From: Candidatus Nanoarchaeia archaeon
GTDB lineage: Archaea > Nanobdellota > Nanobdellia > Woesearchaeales > UBA583
Length of the DNA: 64,000 nucleotides
Assembly: GCA_050292425.1 (NCBI GenBank)
Contig: JBNKLP010000001.1
Coordinates: 40,075-104,074, forward strand
Direction of reading: 5' to 3'
This document shows positions 56,347 to 64,000 of this stretch, piece after piece (positions within the stretch are counted from its first letter, which is position 1; each line of letters opens with the position of its first letter). The notes below the pieces were generated by a model. The model did no database searches. It was not told the DNA's origin and saw only the letters and a program-made list of their open reading frames with translations. Both the position numbers and the translations under genes were made by a program.

Positions 56347-56820
56347 TCAACTTGCACTTCCAAGTTTGACCTTAATCTTTTCTGCCAAACTTTCAAGTTC
56401 TGCACTCGACAATTTACTTCCCTGCAAATCAAAATCAAGCCCGTCATCATCATACCTAGGAATAACATGAATCATGAAATGTTGAGACTGCTGGCCTGCA
56501 GCTCCCCCATTTGCCATAAAAACAGTAACATCCTTGCAATCAAAACTTGTCTTTAACAAATCACTTAGATACTTTGAAATAACACTCAAATGTCCCAAAA
56601 CTTCATCAGGAACCATAGGCATCATCATATAATGTTCCTTTGGCATTAAAAGCAAATGCCCAGTAGTTGCAGGATTAATATCTAAAATTGCAAGACAAAT
56701 ATCATCCTCAAAAACCTTCTTTGCAGGTATTTCCCCTTTAACAATCTTACAAAAAATGCAATTTTCTTTCATCAATTCGATTCTTTTTTTAATCTCTTCC
56801 TCAGAAAGTTGCTCTGCCAT
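56347..56820 (-). CDS. HIT family protein (middle His of the triad replaced by Met)
   Basis: CIFCKIVKGEIP, LDINP...GH.L..PK.H, AGQ...HFMIHVIPR. Confidence 0.9.
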   Translation of the reverse strand: MAEQLSEEEIKKRIELMKENCIFCKIVKGEIPAKKVFEDDICLAILDINPATTGHLLLMPKEHYMMMPMVPDEVLGHLSVISKYLSDLLKTSFDCKDVTVFMANGGAAGQQSQHFMIHVIPRYDDDGLDFDLQGSKLSSAELESLAEKIKVKLGSAS

Positions 56821-56883
56821 AATATAAACTCAAAAGATGACTATTTAAATATTTTGTCTTGATTTAAGAGTTAAAAGAAAAAA

Positions 56884-57354
56884 TTACTTGAATTTAGACA
56901 TACATTTAGCACAAATGTGAACATTTTCACCCTTGTAAAAAGCTGCAATCAAAGGAAACTCCAAATCAGTTGCACTGCAATTAAAACACACTTTTTGTTT
57001 ATAAGTGTCAGATGAATCAAACATCCCAGCAGCAGACAAATTATCACTGCTCTCCGTTAGTCCAAGCTCTTCCCTTGCCTCAGCAGAAACCCTTTCCGGA
57101 CTCCACAAAGGCTCAAAAGTAAGTTCAATTTCAACAGACTTCACACCATCAACTCCCCTTACTGCATCTTCAATCATTTCCTTGATATAATCAGCAGTTG
57201 GACAAGTAGGAGATGTCAAAGTCATCAAAATCTTAATACCACCATCATCTCTTATATTAATTTCATAAATCAATCCCAAATCATAAACATTAATTGGAAT
57301 CTCTGGATCATAAACATCCCTTAGAGCTTCAACAATTTGCTTTTCCTCAACCAT
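56884..57354 (-). CDS. SufT/MIP18 (DUF59) Fe-S assembly protein with C-terminal CxxC..CxxC extension
   Basis: V.DPEIP.N.YDLGLIY, MTLTSP.CP, TFEP.W motifs; C-terminal CFNC...CAKC. Confidence 0.9.
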   Translation of the reverse strand: MVEEKQIVEALRDVYDPEIPINVYDLGLIYEINIRDDGGIKILMTLTSPTCPTADYIKEMIEDAVRGVDGVKSVEIELTFEPLWSPERVSAEAREELGLTESSDNLSAAGMFDSSDTYKQKVCFNCSATDLEFPLIAAFYKGENVHICAKCMSKFK

Positions 57355-57435
57355 AGAAAATATTAACGATTGTTAATATATAAATGTTCTCAAACAAAAA
57401 CCTTTTTATATACCCAAATACATTTCAATTCTAAG

Positions 57436-58185
57436 ATGAAAACATTGAAGATTTATTTAATATTTATTTTATTCCTACTAATTCCAGTTTCATATGCTCA
57501 AAACTATGCAGACATAACAATAGAAGTATTTGAAAATGGTGCAATAACAATAGAGGGAACAACTAACTACCCTCAACTTCAAAACATAACATCCTCACAA
57601 GAATTCACAACAAAAAAGGGCAAATTCTGGATACTTAATATAACAACAAAAGAAAACTTGGACACATTTTTATTTGAACTAATACTTCCTGAAGGTTCAA
57701 CAACAAACTATATAAAAACAACTCCCACATTTAGAATAGAAAACAAAGATAATAAAATCCACTTAATTGGAACAGGAGAAAACAAACCTCTTACTCTAAT
57801 TGTTCAATATCAAGTAAAACCCCAAATAACTACAACTGCGCAAAATAATTTAACAAATTTTCTTTGGTTGTTTTTAATAGTTGTAATTTTAATACTTGCA
57901 ATCACAGCTGGAATTAAGTTTTCAAAAACAAATCAAAAAGAAATAAACAATAAAGAAGAAACTTCTGAATCAAAAATCGATCTCTCAATATTGCCCCAAA
58001 GACAACAAGACATAATAAATATACTCAAAGAAAAAGGAAAAATAACTCAAAAACAACTTGAAAATCTAATGCAAATTCCAAAATCTTCAGTTTCAAGAAA
58101 TGTTAAAACTCTGGAAATAAAACATATAATTGAAAAACAGCAAATAGGAAACACAAACTACCTATCATTAAAAGAAAATAATTAA
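57436..58185 (+). CDS. Membrane-anchored winged-HTH regulator (extracellular domain, TM, cytoplasmic wHTH)
   Basis: Signal/TM, beta-rich ectodomain, second TM, then L...QQ.II..L...G.ITQ..L.......KS.VSR....LE.K..I; start moved to ATG 57436. Confidence 0.85.
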   Translation: MKTLKIYLIFILFLLIPVSYAQNYADITIEVFENGAITIEGTTNYPQLQNITSSQEFTTKKGKFWILNITTKENLDTFLFELILPEGSTTNYIKTTPTFRIENKDNKIHLIGTGENKPLTLIVQYQVKPQITTTAQNNLTNFLWLFLIVVILILAITAGIKFSKTNQKEINNKEETSESKIDLSILPQRQQDIINILKEKGKITQKQLENLMQIPKSSVSRNVKTLEIKHIIEKQQIGNTNYLSLKENN

Positions 58186-58222
58186 TTTTATTGTTTAGAA
58201 GTAAAAACACATTTCAATAAAC

Positions 58223-58270
58223 TGTTCCGCTTTTGTTCCGCAAAAACAACAAATATTTATATACTGTTCC
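58223..58270 (+). promoter_or_regulatory. Promoter with TGTTCCGC direct repeats flanking a TATA box
   Basis: TGTTCCGC at 58223 and 58234 (11-bp period), TTTATATA at 58256-58263, third TGTTCC at 58265. Confidence 0.55.
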
Positions 58271-58298
58271 AACCAAAACAGACATACTAAAAAGAAAA

Positions 58299-59408
58299 AT
58301 GTTAAAAAAAATATCTACAATATTAATGTTTTTAATGATGGCAATCACAATGCCAGCATTAATATATGCAGAAAACGAAACAACTGATGATTCGGTTTCT
58401 GAAACTGAGGCCAGAATATTATCTGATGAGACTGGTGCTCAAGTAAGACTTCTTCAACTACAGGAAAGAATTAACCTTCAGATAGAAAACGCTAACACAA
58501 TTATTCAAAGAATTGAAGATGAAAACATCACTGATGTAGACACTCAAATACTTGAAGAAATTGTAGTTGAACTAAAAGCAATATCTGTTGACATAGACTC
58601 AATTGATTTTAACAAAACTGCAGAAGAACTAGCTTCAGAATTTGTAGCACTAAAAGTTCAGGCAATTGATTTGTCCAAGGAATTCAAAGACATTGTTAGA
58701 GGAATATTTAATGATGATGTCAAAGAACAGCTAAAAGAGAGAATTGAAGAAAACAAAAGACTAAGAATTGAAATTAAAAACGAAAGAATTGAAAAACTAA
58801 GGCTTGAATACAATTCAAAAAAAGTTGATGAAATTGCAAAAAACCTTGGAATTGAAGTTCAGCAAATTAGAAACAGACTAGAATCAGGAGATGCAGACAT
58901 TTCCCAAATAAGAGAAGAAATTCTCTCAAGATACAGGAATCTATCTAATGAAGATAGAAAAGATGCAGTTCAGAAACTAAGAGAAGAAAATGCAAAAAAA
59001 AGAGTTATGATTGAAAAATTAAGAGAGGATATATCTCAGAATCAGGAAAAAATAAGAGAAGAAATAAAATTGAGAATTAACAACACAAGACTTGAAATCA
59101 AAGAAGGAAGAATCAGATACTCTGATGACAACATAAGATTTGAAGCAAAAGAAGGAGAAGTAAGAGTTCGTGCAACTCAAGATAGCACTCCAGCAAGAAT
59201 TGGAGATATGCAATTCACAAAAATCAAAGTTGATGTGAGAGTTGGCAGAGAAACTCAGGTTGAAATTGAAAACCAAGAACAAATTGTAAGAGAATTTAAA
59301 ATCCAAGCTAAAGATCCAGAAGAAGCAGTTGCTCAAATTGCAGAAGAATTAAATACAACTCCTGACAAGATAATGCCATATTTGGATGTAAGATATAGGG
59401 AGGACTAA
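58299..59408 (+). CDS. Secreted coiled-coil protein
   Basis: Signal peptide from ATG 58299; long E/K/R-rich helical region. Confidence 0.75.
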   Translation: MLKKISTILMFLMMAITMPALIYAENETTDDSVSETEARILSDETGAQVRLLQLQERINLQIENANTIIQRIEDENITDVDTQILEEIVVELKAISVDIDSIDFNKTAEELASEFVALKVQAIDLSKEFKDIVRGIFNDDVKEQLKERIEENKRLRIEIKNERIEKLRLEYNSKKVDEIAKNLGIEVQQIRNRLESGDADISQIREEILSRYRNLSNEDRKDAVQKLREENAKKRVMIEKLREDISQNQEKIREEIKLRINNTRLEIKEGRIRYSDDNIRFEAKEGEVRVRATQDSTPARIGDMQFTKIKVDVRVGRETQVEIENQEQIVREFKIQAKDPEEAVAQIAEELNTTPDKIMPYLDVRYRED

Positions 59409-59412
59409 AAAG

Positions 59413-59637
59413 ATGGAAATAAAGAACAAATTAAAATCTATAATTGCAATTGCAACATTATTCATCCTTCTTGCAGGATGTTCATCCAATATTCAAGATG
59501 ATAACACAAAACCAGTAATAGAAAACGATCAAACTAATCAGGACACTACTCCTGCATCTGATGAAACAGACATTCAAAACTCAATTGACAACTCATTAAT
59601 TGATGAAAACGATGTTGAGATAGGAGAATTAATCTAA
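59413..59637 (+). CDS. Small acidic lipoprotein
   Basis: Signal peptide with lipobox LAGC; acidic tail ending VEIGELI. Confidence 0.7.
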   Translation: MEIKNKLKSIIAIATLFILLAGCSSNIQDDNTKPVIENDQTNQDTTPASDETDIQNSIDNSLIDENDVEIGELI

Positions 59638-59666
59638 AGTTTTCCCTTTTTCAAAATTTATTTTTT

Positions 59667-60563
59667 CTAAATAACAATAAAAATAACACCAACTAGCATA
59701 CCAATAGTTGTAATAAATTTCTGCTTCAAATGTTTTTCATGAAACAAAATTCCCCCGAAAATAGAAGACATCAATGTAGAAGTTCTTCTAAGAGGAATAA
59801 TCAAGGAAACAAGTGCAGAAGGAATTGCAATTGCCACCAAAACCAAATACAATGAAATAACTGTAAAAACAGAAATGACCAACGTTTCAGGTTCTCTCTT
59901 TATATCTTTAAGTGCATTTAAAAAATATCCTTCTCTAATATAATAAATGGAAAGAACAAACAAAATAATTACAGCATTAAAAAAAAGATTGGTATATACA
60001 TTAACTTCCTTTAAAATCAACTTGTCAAAAACAGCAGCAAGACTAATCGTTACTAATGTCAAAATTGCCAAAATAAAAAAAGAAGATTTTGCTTTTTTCA
60101 AAACATTCAATTGAAACTTATGAGGTTTGTCTTTTTTATGATGATGAACAATAACTTCCAAATAATAAGTTGATGCCAAGATAAGAATTATTCCTCCAAA
60201 TTGTATTAAACTGATTTTCTCAGAAAGAAAAACCACTGCAAAAAAAAGCAAAACCAAAGGGCTTAAATTTAGAAGAGGACTAACATGTGAAATATCATAC
60301 CTCTTAAGCATCTCCAGATAAAAAACTGTAGCACAGGCTGCAACCAAAGACTTTGCCAAATAAAGAATCCAAAGTTCTTTATAAGAACTAAAATCAATAT
60401 TTGGATAAAGCAAAGTCAAACTTATTACCAAAATTAAGAAATACTGTTCAAAAAGAATCTGCAAAGGTTTGACATTTTTTTTATTAAACATCCTTTTGGC
60501 AAGAATATCCTTGATTGCAAAAAAAACCGCAGAACTCAAAGCTATCAATGCCCACATTGCCAT
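59667..60563 (-). CDS. EamA/DMT family transporter
   Basis: Ten TM pattern, two repeats with S.V.PL..LSP......FL.EK and LFHEK. Confidence 0.88.
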   Translation of the reverse strand: MAMWALIALSSAVFFAIKDILAKRMFNKKNVKPLQILFEQYFLILVISLTLLYPNIDFSSYKELWILYLAKSLVAACATVFYLEMLKRYDISHVSPLLNLSPLVLLFFAVVFLSEKISLIQFGGIILILASTYYLEVIVHHHKKDKPHKFQLNVLKKAKSSFFILAILTLVTISLAAVFDKLILKEVNVYTNLFFNAVIILFVLSIYYIREGYFLNALKDIKREPETLVISVFTVISLYLVLVAIAIPSALVSLIIPLRRTSTLMSSIFGGILFHEKHLKQKFITTIGMLVGVIFIVI

Positions 60564-60619
60564 TATAAATTAAACTCTTAGACAATAGCTTTTTAAATAT
60601 TTATACCAACTATTAAATT

Positions 60620-61540
60620 ATGAGCAAACAACTTCTTCAAAGATATGATAATTTTTTTGGCACCCGAACATCACAAAAATTACTTGAAGCCAAAAGAAAA
60701 TATTCTAACAATCAATTCATAAGAGTAAACAAGTCTAAAACTTCAAACAAACTAATAGAAGAATTTCTTAAAAAAAACAGAGTGAAATTCACTAAAACAT
60801 ATCTGCCTAATTCATTCAAAATAGAAAAAACTTTCTTCAACCTCTCCTCTGCTCCTCAATGTATATTAGGAGAATTTTATTTGCAAGACTTGGCATCACA
60901 GATTCCAGTAAACTGCATTGATTTTTCTTCACTTCCAAAAAAGGTTAAAGTTTTAGACATAGCAGCATCTCCAGGTTCAAAAACAACTCAAATTGCAGAC
61001 ATACTAAAATCAAAAGAAATCGCATATGACATTATTGCACTTGAACCAGAAACAAAAAGACTAACCAAACTAATAAACAACATCCAAAAGCAAAGCTTTG
61101 AAAATATTAATATAATTAATTCAACAGGACAAGATTTCAAAACATCAACTAAATTTGACATAATACTTCTTGATGCTCCATGTTCTGGAAACTTAGTTGG
61201 AGACAGAGACTGGCTAAATAAAAGAGACTTGAAAGGAATACAAAATAATGCAAACTTGCAAAAACAACTTCTCAAAAATGCAGCATCTCTTCTTGTACCA
61301 AACGGAATTCTGATTTATTCCACTTGTTCACTTGAAATTGAAGAAAATGAAGAAAATGCTCTTTGGGCTCAGCAGAATTTAGGTTTGAAAAGTTTTCTTC
61401 CAACACTCAAATTTCCTTTTGAGACTGACTCATTCAAATTGACTAAGAATAAAAAATATCTCAAATTAAAATCAATAAGAATAATGCCATATTTGAGTCA
61501 GACTCAGGGATTTTTTGTATGTTGTTTCAAGAGAAATTAG
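60620..61540 (+). CDS. RsmB/NOP2 family RNA (cytosine-C5)-methyltransferase
   Basis: QD.AS, LD.AASPG.KT, LLDAPCSG, YSTCS..EENE, GFF motifs. Confidence 0.93.
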   Translation: MSKQLLQRYDNFFGTRTSQKLLEAKRKYSNNQFIRVNKSKTSNKLIEEFLKKNRVKFTKTYLPNSFKIEKTFFNLSSAPQCILGEFYLQDLASQIPVNCIDFSSLPKKVKVLDIAASPGSKTTQIADILKSKEIAYDIIALEPETKRLTKLINNIQKQSFENINIINSTGQDFKTSTKFDIILLDAPCSGNLVGDRDWLNKRDLKGIQNNANLQKQLLKNAASLLVPNGILIYSTCSLEIEENEENALWAQQNLGLKSFLPTLKFPFETDSFKLTKNKKYLKLKSIRIMPYLSQTQGFFVCCFKRN

Positions 61541-62124
61541 AAATCAAATTGCATTCTAAGTAGCAAATTCCCTTTTTGTGAAAGCCAATAATCAAATTCA
61601 TCCACAAAATATCTCATTATTTGAACTCCTGTACCACCTCTTTCATCAGGTTTAGATAATTCTGTATATTGGTAAAAATTTTTATCAATTTTTCCTTTTT
61701 GATTTTCTAACCATTGCAAATAATTCACAAACTGAGGTAAAACAATTCCCTTTCCGCTATCTTCCACAGTTACATGAATAGAGTTGTCTATTAGACCATA
61801 ACTAACTTCAATATTCTTAGAAGAATCATATTTATTTCCATGAATATATGCATTTAAAACAATTTCTGCTACTGCACTAAATTCTCTATCAAGATTTACC
61901 TCTTCAAATAAACTAATTACTGGAGATAATTTACTCTCTAACTCTTCTTTTCTGGAATCTAAATCTTCTCCTGAACTTAAACTAAAAACTAAAGATTCTA
62001 ATTGATATTGAGGTTCAAATTTTTGCACCCCTGAAACAGCATTCAAATCTAGATATTCAAAACTATTAAAAAATTGTCTAATAAATGAAGAATTAGTATT
62101 TAAATCAATTAAATGTCCTTTCAT
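61537..62124 (-). CDS. HATPase_c domain protein (RsbW/anti-sigma kinase-like)
   Basis: N box EIVLNAYIHGN, G1 box VEDSGKG, G2 box RGGTG..IM...VDE. Confidence 0.75.
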   Translation of the reverse strand: MKGHLIDLNTNSSFIRQFFNSFEYLDLNAVSGVQKFEPQYQLESLVFSLSSGEDLDSRKEELESKLSPVISLFEEVNLDREFSAVAEIVLNAYIHGNKYDSSKNIEVSYGLIDNSIHVTVEDSGKGIVLPQFVNYLQWLENQKGKIDKNFYQYTELSKPDERGGTGVQIMRYFVDEFDYWLSQKGNLLLRMQFDF

Positions 62125-62191
62125 AACCTTAACATGTAAGTATTTATTTATAAATATAACTTTTGTTACTCCTTCAAGTTACAACTAAATA

Positions 62192-62563
62192 TTAATTGTC
62201 TAAATTCAAAACAATATGTTTAAAAATTTCTTCATTTGATAATCCAGAATTAATTAACCTTGCAAGTAAATCTACATAATCTTGTTTTACACCTTTAGCA
62301 CAATTGCCGGTAATTGAACCGTCTGCGGACTTCAATGTAACTGGATTTTCAACTCTTACACAAAGTAATTTAGAAAAATCTTTTTTATCAGAAGGTTTTA
62401 CTGCATAAATTATTCCTTTAACCTTAAAAAATGTAAACTCTGGACCTCCAACTGAAACTGTTTTTAGATATGGTTCAACCCCATCATTTAATTTTTTAAG
62501 TCTATGACAAGGAATAAAATTCAAACTCCCATAATTTTCTACTTCTATTTTTTTTCCAAACAT
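62192..62563 (-). CDS. Hypothetical protein (123 aa)
   Basis: ATG ORF after TTTATAAA; no recognisable motif. Confidence 0.55.
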   Translation of the reverse strand: MFGKKIEVENYGSLNFIPCHRLKKLNDGVEPYLKTVSVGGPEFTFFKVKGIIYAVKPSDKKDFSKLLCVRVENPVTLKSADGSITGNCAKGVKQDYVDLLARLINSGLSNEEIFKHIVLNLDN

Positions 62564-62600
62564 ATTAATCTCTCAAGAAAATAGTTTATAAACTTTATTA

Positions 62601-63374
62601 CTAACTCCTAATCCCCTTTCCTTTTCTAAGTAAATACCAACTAAGACCAAACAAAACAACAACAAAAAGCCCAATCATTGAAAAACTAATCCACAAACTA
62701 ACATCACTAATACCCAAAAAACCATACCTGAAAGCATTCACCATATACAAAATAGGATTTGCATAAGAGATGTACTGCCAAAAAGCAGGCAAAGCTGAAA
62801 CTGAATAAAACACTCCTCCAAGATAAGTAAGTGGAGTCAAAACAAAAGTAGGCACAATACTCACATCATCAAACCCTTTGGCATAAATTCCATTCACAAG
62901 CCCTGCAAGTGAGAACAAAATAGCTGTCAATGTAACAACTCCAAAAATCACAAAAATATCAAAAATATTCAAAGCAGTAAAAAACATCGAAACCAAAGTA
63001 ACCAAAACAGCAATAATCAAACCCCTAAGAACTCCTCCTAAAACAAATCCCCAAATAATTACAAACTCGGAGACTGGACTCACCATCATCTCCTCAATAT
63101 TCTTAAACATCTTTGATTGAAAAAAAGATGAAACTACATTCGAATATGCATTTGTAATAACCGCCATCATAATAAGTCCTGGAACAATGAACTCCATATA
63201 ACTAAACCCATCAATATTTGAAATCTGTGAACCTATCAAAGCACCAAAAATAATAAAATAAAGTGTCATTGTAATCACTGGTGGCAAAAGTGTCTGAACC
63301 CAAATCCTCATAAACCTCAAACATTCCTTAATAACAATAGTCTTGAATGCAACATACTGACTTCTAATACTCAT
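62601..63374 (-). CDS. ABC-2 transporter permease (YadH-like)
   Basis: RF.RIW.QTL.PP.IT..LYF.IFG, FIVPGLIMM, PLTYLGGVFYS, NP.LYMVNAFRYG. Confidence 0.93.
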   Translation of the reverse strand: MSIRSQYVAFKTIVIKECLRFMRIWVQTLLPPVITMTLYFIIFGALIGSQISNIDGFSYMEFIVPGLIMMAVITNAYSNVVSSFFQSKMFKNIEEMMVSPVSEFVIIWGFVLGGVLRGLIIAVLVTLVSMFFTALNIFDIFVIFGVVTLTAILFSLAGLVNGIYAKGFDDVSIVPTFVLTPLTYLGGVFYSVSALPAFWQYISYANPILYMVNAFRYGFLGISDVSLWISFSMIGLFVVVLFGLSWYLLRKGKGIRS

Positions 63375-64000
63375 TTATCTCTTCCCCCGTTAGTAAGCTC
63401 AACAAAAAGCTCCTCAAGCCTGTTCGATTTATTTCTCATACTCAAAACATCAATCCCTTTCTTCTTAAGCTCATCAAAAACCGCATTTATAGAATCCTTC
63501 TTTGCAACAACAACCTCCAAAGTTGTCTCATCAATAACTTCAAAATGGAAATCACCAGCATTAAAACTCTTCTTTACTGGATTCTTCACATCCAAAACCA
63601 AAGTCTCCTTATCAAGCTTTGATAAAAGATTCTTCATAGTTGTATTCTCAATAATCTCACCCTTGTTTATAATTGCAATATTCTTACAAAGACTCTCTGC
63701 CTCCTCAAGATAATGTGTCGTCAATATAATAGTAGTTCCTTTCTTGTTCAGATCCTTCATAAACTTCCACATTGTTCGTCTGATTTCAATATCAACTCCT
63801 GCTGTAGGCTCATCCAGAATAAGCAACTTAGGTTCATGCACTAAAGCCCTTGCAATCATAAGTCTTCTCTTCATTCCTCCAGAAAGCATTCTTGCCTGGA
63901 CCTTTCTTTTATCCCACAAATCTAATTTCTTCAATAACTTTTCTGTCCTTCTAAAAGCCTCTGCTCTCTCAATTCCATAATACCCAGCTTGATTCACAAC
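63371..64000 (-). CDS. ABC transporter ATP-binding protein (YadG-like), 5' end outside window
   Basis: LSGGMKRR signature, ILDEPTAGVD Walker B, LTTHYLEEA, NRLEELF. Confidence 0.93.
   Translation of the reverse strand, partial: VVNQAGYYGIERAEAFRRTEKLLKKLDLWDKRKVQARMLSGGMKRRLMIARALVHEPKLLILDEPTAGVDIEIRRTMWKFMKDLNKKGTTIILTTHYLEEAESLCKNIAIINKGEIIENTTMKNLLSKLDKETLVLDVKNPVKKSFNAGDFHFEVIDETTLEVVVAKKDSINAVFDELKKKGIDVLSMRNKSNRLEELFVELTNGGRDK

Overview
AT-rich, gene-dense archaeal DNA, most likely from a DPANN (Woesearchaeota-like) genome. Evidence: archaeal ribosomal proteins, PolD DP1, Rpp29, aIF1, ABCE1, RIO1, TATA-box promoters and a BHB tRNA intron. The window holds the 5' end of an S-layer gene, tRNA-Gly(GCC) and an intron-containing tRNA-Ile(UAU), and the uL3-to-uL30 ribosomal cluster. 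That cluster is interrupted by a cation:proton antiporter and lacks uL15/secY at its end. Housekeeping genes are interleaved with single orphan ORFs, and there are several large secreted surface proteins. The most striking signal is a putative surface-fibre/adhesin assembly system. Four proteins (2655, 616 and 549 aa in one cluster, plus a distant 1224 aa protein) share a C-terminal DUF11-like domain ending in G[LI][DE]. The two large lectin-bearing proteins stop exactly at this motif and have no membrane anchor. The other two both continue for exactly 43 residues (a putative extra beta-strand plus a terminal TM helix), suggesting strand-complementation or covalent attachment of interchangeable adhesins. 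Other notable items: an HF|S autoproteolysis-like motif in the giant adhesin, nested passenger domains in a carrier Ig fold, a spacer sequence complementary to the tRNA-Ile splice motif, several structured leaders, and a membrane-anchored wHTH regulator next to a direct-repeat promoter. All domain calls come from reading motifs by eye; no database searches were run.
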